Shown here one piece after another: positions 9,547-19,122 of a stretch of 64,000 bases of DNA. A program made the position numbers and the translations under genes. Origin of the DNA: Vicinamibacteria bacterium (lineage in GTDB: Bacteria; Acidobacteriota; Vicinamibacteria; Marinacidobacterales; Marinacidobacteraceae); NCBI GenBank assembly GCA_963668695.2, contig CAXXLQ010000004.1, positions 2,848,001 to 2,912,000 of the forward strand. The letters are read 5' to 3'. The notes beneath the pieces were generated by a model. It did not search any database. It saw nothing but the letters and a program-made list of their open reading frames with translations, and was not told the DNA's origin. Position 1 is the stretch's first letter; the number at the start of each line of letters is the position of its first letter.

Positions 9547-10713
9547 TCAGAGGCGGATTCGCCGTACTACCTGGCCGTTGTTCTCCCAGGGGGTTGCCTG
9601 GTAGCGCGAGGCCTCCACTTCGGTGGGCTGTACGCCGCCGGCGTCCCGCGCCCGGGAGACGAGGCGGTGCTGTCCGGGAGCCGCGGAAGGCCAGTCCATG
9701 ACAAAGCGACGCAGTCCGAACCGGTGGGTTGACGGCAGGAGTTCCGCCGGCTGGAAAGGGCCATCGTCCACGCTGACCTCGACCGCGGAGATCTCCGAGG
9801 CGCTGTCATTCCAGGCGAGCCCGTGAATCCGGAGGTCCGGCCCCGGATCCCCCTCGACGCGGGTAACGAGGGACTTCAGCCGCATCCGGCCGATCACGCT
9901 GGCGGTGTGGAGGATCCCGGAGGGGGTTTCCACGCCGCGCACGGTGACGTAGTCCTTGGCCTGGTACCAACCAGCAAAGCGGGACGGCCAGACCTCGATG
10001 CGTTCGACCCACTTCACCTGGGCGACACCGTAGAAGCCGGGGACGATCAGCCGGAGCGGACCGCCGTGCTCCCGGGGAAGGGGATCCCCGTTCATGGTGT
10101 CGGCGAGCAGCACCTCGGGTAAGAGCGCATCGGCTACCGGCAGGCTGCGGGCGAAGCGCCCGGGGTAGCGGTTCCCGCGGAGGCGCTCCTCGGCCGCGTC
10201 GGCTCCGAAGAAGACCACTTCCCGCGCGTCCGGACCGACGAGATCGTCGAGTAGCGGAGCGAGCGGAACTCCGCCCCAACGGGCGGCTCCTACGAGGCCG
10301 TGCATCCCGACGCCGCCGTTGCCGCAGCATTCGAACAGCGCGACCGACTCCTGCCGGAGCATTCCGGCCAGCTCGTCCAGGGTGAGCGTTTTGGCAGACG
10401 GGGCGCCCCGGATGCCGATTGCTAGTTGGAAGCGGGCTGCCTGAACCTCCGGAATCTCCCCGTGGTGCAGGACGAAGAACTCGTCGTTCGGCACCACCTC
10501 GCCGGTGACGCGGGTGAGGTCGGTGAAGCGCGCCCGGGTGCCGGGGGGCAGGGGTTCGAGGTCGGCCCACGGCAAGGAGTCGCTCGCCTGGCCCGCGCCC
10601 CGCGAAAGGGCCGGGAACGGCCGCGTCAAAACGGCCGCCGCCAGCCCGGCGAGAACGTGGCGCCGCCTCACGAATTGGGACGCCGGGTCTGTCCCTGCGA
10701 AGACGGCGGCCAC
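9547..10713 (-). CDS. Sulfite oxidase family molybdopterin-dependent oxidoreductase (Tat substrate)
   Basis: FFVLHH, ECCGN (Mo-ligand Cys), FARSLP, EHGGPLRLIVPGFYGVAQVKW, C-terminal dimerisation domain VEVSVD; RRRHVL leader. Confidence 0.9.
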   Translation of the reverse strand: MAAVFAGTDPASQFVRRRHVLAGLAAAVLTRPFPALSRGAGQASDSLPWADLEPLPPGTRARFTDLTRVTGEVVPNDEFFVLHHGEIPEVQAARFQLAIGIRGAPSAKTLTLDELAGMLRQESVALFECCGNGGVGMHGLVGAARWGGVPLAPLLDDLVGPDAREVVFFGADAAEERLRGNRYPGRFARSLPVADALLPEVLLADTMNGDPLPREHGGPLRLIVPGFYGVAQVKWVERIEVWPSRFAGWYQAKDYVTVRGVETPSGILHTASVIGRMRLKSLVTRVEGDPGPDLRIHGLAWNDSASEISAVEVSVDDGPFQPAELLPSTHRFGLRRFVMDWPSAAPGQHRLVSRARDAGGVQPTEVEASRYQATPWENNGQVVRRIRL

Positions 10714-10767
10714 CGCCAGTCCCCCGGGGGACTGGCGGCGGCGCGCTCCCTCAACGGGTGGCTTCGA

Positions 10768-13587
10768 TCAGAAGTGGACCCGGATCGCGAACCGGATGAT
10801 CCGGGGAGAGAGGAAGTTCAGGACGTTTCCGTATGCCGATCCGGCCGCGGTATTGAGCTGGGTCTCGGTGTTCGAGTTTGTGATGTTGAAGATGCTCAGC
10901 TCGGGGGCGATACGCGCCCACCCGGCATAGAAGTCCCGGAACAGGGCAATGTCGAACGTGGTCACGTTCGACAAGCGTTCACTCCCGATCGGCGCGGCCA
11001 GAATCGTCGCGCTGCCCTGGTTCAGGTCTCGCACCAAGAAGGTGCGAGCGATCGGTTGGCCGGTCTGGTAGCGCATGACCCCGGAGGCGCGTACGCCGAA
11101 GGGCGCATGCCAGGTGCCGATGAACTTGAATTGGTTCGTGCGGTCGTAGAAGGACTTGCCCTTGGCGTTCACCAGCAGGTTCGGGTTGGTGAAGAGCCCG
11201 GGGTTCGTGTTCTCCCACTGCCCCCCCCGCGACCAGGTGTCGGTGTCGTTGTATGAGTACGAGACCAGCGCCTGCCAGTCGTTGGAGAGCCGCTTTTGGG
11301 CGATCACTTCGACGCCCTTGTAGCCGGTCGTGAACCGGTCCACCGTCTGGACCACCCGCTGGTTCAGCCCCACGAACTCCGGTCGCAGGTTGAAGACAGT
11401 GAGCATGCCGCCGTCGTCCCCGGTGCCGGCCATGCCGTCCGGACCCGGATCCCGAACTTCCATCGGGTCGTATGCGGAGTCCGGCGCCGCGAGGTTCAGC
11501 CTGTCGGACTTGTCATTGCTGCTGCGTACCGAGAACGTCGCCTGGACCCATAGGTCGCCGGAGAACTCGCGTTCGAGGCTGGCAGTGAACTCGTCCGTGT
11601 ACTCGTGCTTCAGGGCCGGGTCCACCACATTCACCGCCGCGGTAGCGCCGAACCCGTCGGAGAGGATGGCTCCCTGCTCACCGTTCTGGAACTGGCTGTC
11701 GCCGTTCAGGTCGTTCCAGACGTGCCTGTTGTTGAGGTTGCCGTTCTGGTTCACGAAGTTGGCGAACCCGGTGGAGAACTGGTGGTAGTAGCGGCCCCAG
11801 CTCGCCTTGAAGGCACTCTGTCCGCCCTCCTCGAGGCCGACCACGACGCCGACGCGGGGCGCGATGCTCGCGAGGTCGAGGATGCCGGTGCGCTCGGGGA
11901 ACTCGCGCGGGCACCCGGCCGCGGCGGTGCACCAGCTGCCATCCGGACTGTTCTGCTGCGGCAGCCAGCCGTGGTAGCGGTCCCAGCGGAGGCCGAGTTT
12001 GAGGGTCAACCGATCTCCGATCGAGATGATGTCGTCAATGTAGGCGGAGGTCTGATCCAGAGTCTGGCCGTCGAATCGCGGGGTGTTGCGGAGGGTCACC
12101 TCGACCGGCGCGCCGTTGTCGAAGGTCAGGTAGACATCGTCGATGGCGGTGGTCTCATTCGAGATCGGGTTGTGCGAGTACTCCACTCCCGCTCTGATCT
12201 CGTGGTTCGCATTCAACAGGCCCTCGGCGAAATAGGTGAGGTCGCTCTTGTACGAGAACCGCTTCCGGCGCCGCTCGACATTGAAATCACGGGCGTTGAG
12301 GAAGCTGTTCGTTCCCCGGTCGTACCCGGCCTGGAGGCCTGCCGCCTGGGCTTCTTCCGAGTGGTAGGTCGGGAACCAGACGTTGAGGTGGGAGAAGCGG
12401 GTGTCGAGCAGGGCGTTCTGGCTGAGGGTGGAGGTCAAATTGGCCTGCACGATCCGGAACGTGTCGTCCTCGATCCAGCTCGCCTCGGGTGGCCGGTTTC
12501 CGGCCAGCCCGCGCCGCGGCTTCCAGTAGGTCATTTCATGCCACTCGAGACTCAGCTTGTTGCGGTCCGTCAGGTCGGTATCGCTCTTGATCACGAACTG
12601 CCGCATGTCGGTGTCCTCGGTGACGCTGTCGATCCCGGAGACATAGCGGTGGACCCGCTCGTCGCGGAACGAGAAGAAGAACGTTGACCGATCCCGCACT
12701 ACCGGACCGCCGATCTGGAAGGTAGCGTCGGAGAGATAGTCGAACTGCCCAGCGGTGGCGCCGGATTGCTCGAGTTCCTGGGTGAAGTTGTCGAATTGGG
12801 TGGCGTCGTTTTGGTAGTGGAAGCCAGCGCTGCCGGTGAATTCGTTACCGCCGCTCTTCGTGACCATGTTGAGGTAAACACCGGGGGCGTTCACCGACGC
12901 CGGGTGCGAACCCGTCGCGACCTGGACTTCCTCGAAGCTGTCGTAGTCGTAGTAGTAGCCGCTGGCTCCGAGCGCCGCGGGACAGGTCACGTTCACGCCG
13001 TTCAGGTAGTAGCTGTTCTGGCCCCAGGAGGTGCCGCGCGCCGAGAAGACGGCCTGCAGGCCGGTCTCGCTGCCGCCCACGTCGAGGCGGTTGGTGGTGA
13101 CGCCGGGCGCCTGGTGCTCGAGCAGCGACCAGACGTCGCGGGCGCTCGGCACTTCCGCAAGGAGGCTGGCGTCGAAGGTGGCGCCGATGACGGTGCTCTT
13201 GGTGTCGAGCAGCGGGGCTTCGCCCACCACCGTGACTGTCTCTTCGATGGTTGAGAGTTCGAGGGCGACGTCGAGGCCGGTCGTGCGGGCGATGTCCACC
13301 CGGACCTCTTCATAGACGCGGGTCTGGAAACCGCCGAGCTCGAAGCGCAGCGTGTAAATGCCGGGCGGAACCGCGAAGAAACGGTAGGTTCCGGTGCCGG
13401 AACTGACCGACACCTCACTGCTGCCTTGTCCGGTCAGGGTGACAGACACCCCCGGAAGCACCTGTCCGGTCCCGTCGAGGATGCTCCCCTCGACGGTTCC
13501 GGACTGGGTCTGTCCGGCCGCCATGGCCGCGGTAAGCGCGGCGGCGAGAAATGCGAAGACAAGACTTCGCGAGGTTGGCTTCCTCAT
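10768..13587 (-). CDS. TonB-dependent receptor with N-terminal carboxypeptidase regulatory-like domain
   Basis: Signal peptide, GQVLPGVSVT, PPGIYTLRFELGGF, plug region NMVTKSGGNEF, C-terminal PRIIRFAIRVHF. CAGGAGG RBS before ATG 13587. Confidence 0.9.
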   Translation of the reverse strand: MRKPTSRSLVFAFLAAALTAAMAAGQTQSGTVEGSILDGTGQVLPGVSVTLTGQGSSEVSVSSGTGTYRFFAVPPGIYTLRFELGGFQTRVYEEVRVDIARTTGLDVALELSTIEETVTVVGEAPLLDTKSTVIGATFDASLLAEVPSARDVWSLLEHQAPGVTTNRLDVGGSETGLQAVFSARGTSWGQNSYYLNGVNVTCPAALGASGYYYDYDSFEEVQVATGSHPASVNAPGVYLNMVTKSGGNEFTGSAGFHYQNDATQFDNFTQELEQSGATAGQFDYLSDATFQIGGPVVRDRSTFFFSFRDERVHRYVSGIDSVTEDTDMRQFVIKSDTDLTDRNKLSLEWHEMTYWKPRRGLAGNRPPEASWIEDDTFRIVQANLTSTLSQNALLDTRFSHLNVWFPTYHSEEAQAAGLQAGYDRGTNSFLNARDFNVERRRKRFSYKSDLTYFAEGLLNANHEIRAGVEYSHNPISNETTAIDDVYLTFDNGAPVEVTLRNTPRFDGQTLDQTSAYIDDIISIGDRLTLKLGLRWDRYHGWLPQQNSPDGSWCTAAAGCPREFPERTGILDLASIAPRVGVVVGLEEGGQSAFKASWGRYYHQFSTGFANFVNQNGNLNNRHVWNDLNGDSQFQNGEQGAILSDGFGATAAVNVVDPALKHEYTDEFTASLEREFSGDLWVQATFSVRSSNDKSDRLNLAAPDSAYDPMEVRDPGPDGMAGTGDDGGMLTVFNLRPEFVGLNQRVVQTVDRFTTGYKGVEVIAQKRLSNDWQALVSYSYNDTDTWSRGGQWENTNPGLFTNPNLLVNAKGKSFYDRTNQFKFIGTWHAPFGVRASGVMRYQTGQPIARTFLVRDLNQGSATILAAPIGSERLSNVTTFDIALFRDFYAGWARIAPELSIFNITNSNTETQLNTAAGSAYGNVLNFLSPRIIRFAIRVHF

Positions 13588-13977
13588 GGGACCCTCCTGT
13601 TTGGTGGGGGATTGGCCGAGTTGGGGTCGAGTGCGAAGGCAGGTCCAGCGGACCTGCCCAAGTCGGGATAGCGAGCGATGGTCCCGGGGGGCGGGCCGCG
13701 CTCGAAGGTGAGAGTTTAGGGCCGGCGTCCTGCCGGTCGTCCATTCTGGTGGATTCGGAGAACCGGAGATGCGACCGCTGGCGGGAGGTCCCGACCGGGC
13801 AAAAAGCGCGGAACCCCCCGGATTTGAACGCATGCTGGCTCCATTTCCTCCATCGGCCTTCCAAGCCGAAAAGGCGTTATACCACATGCTGTACTAGGAC
13901 TTCGGGCAAGATTTGTACCGTGGTTCGGCGGCCGGGTCGGCGACCGCTCGCGTGGGCCGTCCACCGGTCACCAAGAC

Positions 13978-15153
13978 TCAGGGCGATCTGGTGCGCGCGC
14001 AGGAAAACAGCGCCTGCTGCGCCGCCGTCCAGTCTCCGGAACCGTCCGCGTGCTGGATCAGCATCCGCCCCTCCCGGTACATCCCGAGGTCGAGGGTGAA
14101 CTCCTTGGCGTTCGACTGACGGCCGCTGTGGTCCCAGGCGGCGGGAATCGCCGGATCGTGGAAGCGGTAGATGCCGGTCCTGCCGTAGGCGATCTCGTTG
14201 GACCAGACGTCCATTCCCGGAATCCGGCCGGCAAGGAGGCCGTCCACGAGCGGCAGAGTGGTTTCCATCTCGAGGATTCCGGGAATCACCGCCCGGCGGA
14301 GCACTTCTCCGGGGCTTCTCGCTTCGGTGATCGAGAGTGGAACGCGGCGAATTGCCCGGTAGCGCTGGGGAGCGCCCGGCGCCAGGCTGCGGAAAATGCC
14401 GAGGATGGCCCGGCCGCGCGGCTCGCTCAGTTCCTCGTCGAGATAGAGGGCGACCCAGGTTTCCGGCCCGAGCGTCACGAACCGGGAGCCAGTCAGATCG
14501 AGGCCGCCGTAGTGGCCGGCCGTGATGTGGGTGGCCGTAGTGGCGTGACAGGGGGGATGGGAAGGAGGACCGTTCGATCGGCACGGGCAGGGGGTGTCGC
14601 AGGGGCAGGCGGTGAAGGCATGACCGGTGATCTCCCAGTCGGGGAATTCCGCGCCCGCCGTCTGCGCAGCCTGCGCCTCCGCCGGCAAACGCATGCCCTG
14701 GCCGCCCGCCGGGCGGAGCAGGAAGCGGACCGTGTCCGCGAACCGGACGGCGGTGGGTTCACCGGCCACGAGGGTCGGTTCGTATATCCAGTGCCGGGCC
14801 GCTTCCGCCGCCGCCGCTCCGAGATCTTCGGGTCCCCGGAGGGAGCGGGCGTCGGCGACCGTCCCGTCGCGGTCCACGGTCAGCTCCAGGATGACGAGCG
14901 CCTCCTCGCCCCGTTCGCGCGCCGATTCGGGATACGCCGGTGGTTCGAAGCGGATCCTCTCGGGACGGCGGACATCCCCGCCGACAGGAACGATGTCCTC
15001 CTCCGCGGGAAGCGCGGGCCGGCTGGTCTCGGAGGCCGGCGGGTTCTCCTCGATGGGCGTCTCGTCCTCGCGGCGTTCGCCGCAGGCGCCGCCCAGCAAG
15101 ATCGCCAGGGCGGCATAATGCGGGAAACGCCGTGGGCAAAGGAACCAAAACAT
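13978..15153 (-). CDS. Lipoprotein: TonB C-terminal domain fused to DUF1326-like Cys-rich domain
   Basis: LLGGAC lipobox; PAYPESARERGEEALVILELTVDRDGTV...WIYEP (TonB-C); WEITGHAFTACPCDTPCPC...GHYGGLDLTG (DUF1326 pattern). Confidence 0.75.
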   Translation of the reverse strand: MFWFLCPRRFPHYAALAILLGGACGERREDETPIEENPPASETSRPALPAEEDIVPVGGDVRRPERIRFEPPAYPESARERGEEALVILELTVDRDGTVADARSLRGPEDLGAAAAEAARHWIYEPTLVAGEPTAVRFADTVRFLLRPAGGQGMRLPAEAQAAQTAGAEFPDWEITGHAFTACPCDTPCPCRSNGPPSHPPCHATTATHITAGHYGGLDLTGSRFVTLGPETWVALYLDEELSEPRGRAILGIFRSLAPGAPQRYRAIRRVPLSITEARSPGEVLRRAVIPGILEMETTLPLVDGLLAGRIPGMDVWSNEIAYGRTGIYRFHDPAIPAAWDHSGRQSNAKEFTLDLGMYREGRMLIQHADGSGDWTAAQQALFSCARTRSP

Positions 15154-15224
15154 CGGTTAGGCGCCGATTCTGTCTCATACGGACGACCGCCCCGCGAAAC
15201 CTGTGGTTCGCGCTTGCTGTCTGG

Positions 15225-16298
15225 ATGTTTTCGGCGGCGCTGGGTGGTGGGCAGGAGGAACCGTCACCCGATCCGGCCCTCGCGGAAGCGGCCGCCCTGA
15301 TCGAGGCCGGCGAACGGGACGAGGCGGCGCGCATCCTGCACGACTTCCTGGTCGCCCGGCCCTGGGACGCTGGGGCGTTTCACCAAGTCGGCGCGATGTG
15401 GCTGGTCGCCGGGGAACCTGAACTCGCGCGCCCGCCTCTGGAGGGCGCGGTGGCGCGCGCCCCCGACTTCGTAGATGGCCGCCTGGCGCTCGGACAGGCC
15501 CTCGGACAGCTTGGGAGGGTGGAAGAAGCCCTCAGCCAGTTGGAGGCCGCCTCCACGACGGACCCCGGCCGCTTCGAAGCGCCGTACCTCGCGGCCGCGG
15601 TGCTCGACGGGGCGGGACGTCTCTCCGAAGCGGTTGACAAGGCCGCCCGGGCGGTGGAACTCGCGCCGCGCGACGCCGGGATGCGCCGGTTCCTGGGGCG
15701 GCTGCTGCTGCGCATCGAGCATTGGCCGGAGGCGCAGGCGGAACTCGAGCGGGCGCTACAGCTCGGCTACCGTGAGGATCCGGCGATCTTCGCCGACCTG
15801 GGCGCCGCGCTGCTGGGGCAGGAGCGCCTCCCGGCGGCGCGGGCCGCCTACGAGCGGCATCTGGAGTTGGCCCCGGACGATGCTGAGACGCTCCTGCAAC
15901 TGGGATATCTCGACTGGCGCACCAATGAATACGAGGCTTCCGAAGAGTTCCTCGAGCGCGCGATCGCCCTCGACCCGAATCTCCGGCGAGCCCACCACTT
16001 CCTGGGCCTGACCGCGCTACGTCGCCAGGAGTTCGACCGGGCCGAGGGGGCCTTCCGCCGCGCGCTGGAACAGGGCGAAGATTTCCCGGAGGCTTGGTTG
16101 AATCTCGGGAAGATCGCGCTGCGCCGCGGAGACGCGGAGGATGCGGCGCGCCTGCTGGAGACCGCGATCCGCTACGCGCCGGACTATGCGGACGCCTACT
16201 ACCAACTCTCCTTCGCCCGCCGGCGGCTTGGGGATCCGGAGGGGGCGGCAGCCGCCCTCGAACGGTTCGAGGAACTCAGGCGGGAGCAGGACGGGTAA
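15225..16298 (+). CDS. Tetratricopeptide repeat protein (start uncertain)
   Basis: About 9 TPR-like units (LALGQALGQLGR, HHFLGLTALRR, WLNLGKIAL, YYQLSFA). Confidence 0.85.
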   Translation: MFSAALGGGQEEPSPDPALAEAAALIEAGERDEAARILHDFLVARPWDAGAFHQVGAMWLVAGEPELARPPLEGAVARAPDFVDGRLALGQALGQLGRVEEALSQLEAASTTDPGRFEAPYLAAAVLDGAGRLSEAVDKAARAVELAPRDAGMRRFLGRLLLRIEHWPEAQAELERALQLGYREDPAIFADLGAALLGQERLPAARAAYERHLELAPDDAETLLQLGYLDWRTNEYEASEEFLERAIALDPNLRRAHHFLGLTALRRQEFDRAEGAFRRALEQGEDFPEAWLNLGKIALRRGDAEDAARLLETAIRYAPDYADAYYQLSFARRRLGDPEGAAAALERFEELRREQDG

Positions 16299-16343
16299 TT
16301 GAAGCGACCGCGGCGGGACGGCTTCTCCGGAACGGCAGAGAGT

Positions 16344-16582
16344 TAACAGCCTGTGGCAAAACCCACACGGCGTTCGACCGGCGATCCATCCCGGCTGAAC
16401 CGCGTCGCTGCGCGCCGCTCATCGTTGCGTTTCGGTCGAAATACACCCGGGCCAGTTCTCCCGGTGGGGGCTCCTCCCTCACGCGCCTTGTCAGCCGGGC
16501 CCCCACCGGGAGAACTGGCCCCACCGGGAGAACTGGGCCTCGCCGGTCTCGGCGCTCACGTGGGTTTCACCACAGGCTGCTA
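16344..16582 (+). mobile_element. MITE-like element, family A, carrying nested ~21-nt modules
   Basis: TA|ACAGCCTGTGG ... CCACAGGCTGC|TA; contains GCCAGTTCTCCCGGTGGGGG and two inverted copies of it. Confidence 0.8.
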
Positions 16583-16589
16583 ACGGCAG

Positions 16590-16967
16590 ATGCGGTCGAG
16601 ATTCTTTGGGAGATCCAGCTCCGATTCGGACCGCTTCCGAAGTTCGCCAGCAGGGGATCTGGCCAGGCGCAGCGGGACCACGCGGGACCACGCGGGACGG
16701 CGGGCACGGCAGGAACCATGGTGGAAGGACTGGCTGGGGATCGGAACAAAGCGCGAGTGGCTGTGGGTTGGCTTGGTCGTGGTTGTCGGGATCGGCTACA
16801 CCTACAAACAGGACGGGCTCGCGGGAGCGGGATGGGCGGCTTTCGTGACGGCCGGAGCCCTGTTGGTGGGTGTGTGGATGAAGCGGCAGGAAAAAGCCGA
16901 GGAGAATCGAAAACCCGTCTTGCGCCTCCGTGATTCGGAGCGCGACGAATACGGTAGGAAGCGCTGA
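16590..16967 (+). CDS. Hypothetical small membrane protein
   Basis: Two hydrophobic segments (WLWVGLVVVVGIGY, GWAAFVTAGALLVGVW) and a charged tail; start uncertain. Confidence 0.5.
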   Translation: MRSRFFGRSSSDSDRFRSSPAGDLARRSGTTRDHAGRRARQEPWWKDWLGIGTKREWLWVGLVVVVGIGYTYKQDGLAGAGWAAFVTAGALLVGVWMKRQEKAEENRKPVLRLRDSERDEYGRKR

Positions 16968-17127
16968 GCGCGGGGTTTGCTCCCGGGATTTTCGCTGCGC
17001 ATCGGGGCGCAGCATCGCGGCGGCGTTGCGCGTCGCGCGCGGATCTTGTGGTTCGCCCGGCGCCTCCGGGGGCGCGTACTATGGGGCTGCCGCCCAAACT
17101 CAGGAGGAAATCCCCAGGAGGAAATCC

Positions 17128-18132
17128 ATGATCCGTTCGAAACGAATCCTCATCGCCACACTCCTGTTCTTCGGGGTGGGCGCAGTGCCGGCTCTGGCCC
17201 AGTCCACCCATCCGCCGGTCGCCACCTTCTCCATCGTCGCCCACGACCCCGACACCGGCGAGATGGGGGTCGCGGTCCAGTCGAAGTACTTCTCGGTGGG
17301 GCATGTGGTGCCGTGGGGCGAAGCCGGAGTCGGGGTGGTCGCCACCCAGGCGAACGTGAACGCCGGCTATGGGCTCCAGGGACTCGATCTGCTCCGGCAG
17401 GGACTCAGCGCGGAAGAGGTCAAGGATCGGCTGCTCGCCGAGGACACCTTCCCCGGCGTGGAGGGCCGGCAGTTCGCCGTGGTGGACGCGAACGGTGGGA
17501 TTGCCGTCCACACCGGGCCTACCGCGAATTTCTGGGCGGGTCACCGCGTGGGTGAGCACTACTCCGCCCAGGGCAACATCCTGACCGGGCCGGAGGTGGT
17601 CGAGGCGATGGGTGACGCCTTCGAGGCCGCCGAGGGAACGCTCGCCGAAAAGATGCAGGCGGCGATGGTCGCCGGGCAGGAGGCCGGGGGAGACAGCCGC
17701 GGCCGCCAGTCGTCGGCGATGCTGGTGGTCGGCAAGGGGATGGGCCGGAACATCAACAACGACGTGGTGGCGAGGCTCCAGGTCGAGGACCATCCGATGC
17801 CCATCCAGGAACTGGGGCGGGTGCTCAACATCAACCTCGCCATTACCGCGATGTCCCGCAGCCGGGAAAGGAACGAGGCCGGAGACGGCGCGGCGGCGCT
17901 TGCCGCCGCCGAAAGAGCCACCGAACTCTGGCCCGACGCTTCCGACACCTGGCTGAACCTTGGTCTGCTCAACTACTCGCTCGGCAATCGCGACCGGGCG
18001 CTGGAGGTCTTCGGGAAGGCCGCATCGATGAACGAGCTCTTCCGTGGCCAGTTGGAGTCCACCCTGGGCTGGACCGGCCATCCCGGGCTCGATGACGAGT
18101 TCCTGGCGGCGCTTTTCCCGGGGGGCTCCTGA
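17128..18132 (+). CDS. DUF1028 (Ntn-hydrolase-like) domain protein with C-terminal TPR
   Basis: ATFSIVAHDP...GVAVQS, VATQA, QGNIL, AGGDSRGRQSSA; signal peptide; CAGGAGG RBS. Confidence 0.9.
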   Translation: MIRSKRILIATLLFFGVGAVPALAQSTHPPVATFSIVAHDPDTGEMGVAVQSKYFSVGHVVPWGEAGVGVVATQANVNAGYGLQGLDLLRQGLSAEEVKDRLLAEDTFPGVEGRQFAVVDANGGIAVHTGPTANFWAGHRVGEHYSAQGNILTGPEVVEAMGDAFEAAEGTLAEKMQAAMVAGQEAGGDSRGRQSSAMLVVGKGMGRNINNDVVARLQVEDHPMPIQELGRVLNINLAITAMSRSRERNEAGDGAAALAAAERATELWPDASDTWLNLGLLNYSLGNRDRALEVFGKAASMNELFRGQLESTLGWTGHPGLDDEFLAALFPGGS

Positions 18133-18174
18133 GAGGTCCCTCGGGCACGCGCGGGTCTTTGAGCCTCGGGTAGC

Positions 18175-19122
18175 GTGATCCGTTCCCTCGCGCTCGCCCT
18201 GGCGATCGCGTCGCTCGGCGCGGCGGAGGCGCAGGGTCCGGACGCCCAGGATCCGGACGCTCTGCTCCGCGCCGGCCAGCGGTGGCTCGACGCCGGCAAC
18301 TCCGGCGCCGCGGTGGAGTCGTTCCGCCGGCTCGTGCAGGCGGTTCCGGACTCCCGCTCCCACTACTACCTGGGCGTCGCGCTCCTGCGGGATGATCGGC
18401 CCGGAGAGGCGGTGGATGCACTTCGGCGGGCGGAGTCGGTCGCCGAGGCACCCAATCCGGCGCTCGCGTTATCACTCGGGACGGCGCTCCTGCGAGGGGG
18501 AGCCTCCGAGGAGGCAGTGGTTGTCCTCGAAGCGGCTGCCGGGCATTTCCCGCGCGCCGCTCCCATTCTCATCCAGCTCGGTTACACCCATTACACGAGG
18601 CTCGAAGGCGAAATGGCCCGCGGCGTCCTGCTCCGGGCCCGCGAGATCGCCCCGGCGAATCCGCTCGCTCCCTTCTACCTAGGTCTCGCCGAGGCTGCAC
18701 TCGGTGAGCTGGAGCCGGCGGCCGAGGCCTTTCGCGAAGCGGTTCGTCTGGACCAGGGGAATCCCGAAGCCCGGGTAGCGCTCGGCCGGACTCTCTCCCA
18801 GTTGGGACGCCCGCAGGAAGCCCGCCAGGAATACGAGGCGGCGCTCCGAATAGCGCCCGGATCTCCGTCCGCGTTCGTGGGGCTCGGAATGCTCGAGCTT
18901 CAGCAAGGCCGCCCGGAAGCCGCGGCCGGTTCCTTCGAGGCGGCCCTCGAAGTGGCTCCCGGCCACCGTCAGGCGCTCTACAACTTCGCTGCCGCCCTGG
19001 CCCTGCTGGGGCGCGCGGACGAGGCCGCCGCGGTACGTCGCCGGTTCCGGGAGGCCGCCGCTTCGGGGGAGGACCCCGGCCGTTCGCTTTCGCGTACCAG
19101 ATCGAAGCCGCGTCCGCGCTGA
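18175..19122 (+). CDS. Tetratricopeptide repeat protein
   Basis: Signal peptide; TPR units HYYLGVALLR, FYLGLAEAALG, VALGRTLSQLGR, LYNFAAALALLGR. Confidence 0.85.
   Translation: MIRSLALALAIASLGAAEAQGPDAQDPDALLRAGQRWLDAGNSGAAVESFRRLVQAVPDSRSHYYLGVALLRDDRPGEAVDALRRAESVAEAPNPALALSLGTALLRGGASEEAVVVLEAAAGHFPRAAPILIQLGYTHYTRLEGEMARGVLLRAREIAPANPLAPFYLGLAEAALGELEPAAEAFREAVRLDQGNPEARVALGRTLSQLGRPQEARQEYEAALRIAPGSPSAFVGLGMLELQQGRPEAAAGSFEAALEVAPGHRQALYNFAAALALLGRADEAAAVRRRFREAAASGEDPGRSLSRTRSKPRPR

Noticed and set aside
13588-13890. Riboswitch or promoter in the long leader of the TonB-dependent receptor
   Set aside because: No cobalamin or TPP conserved boxes were recognised; only one hairpin and a lone TG-N-TATAAC without a properly spaced -35.
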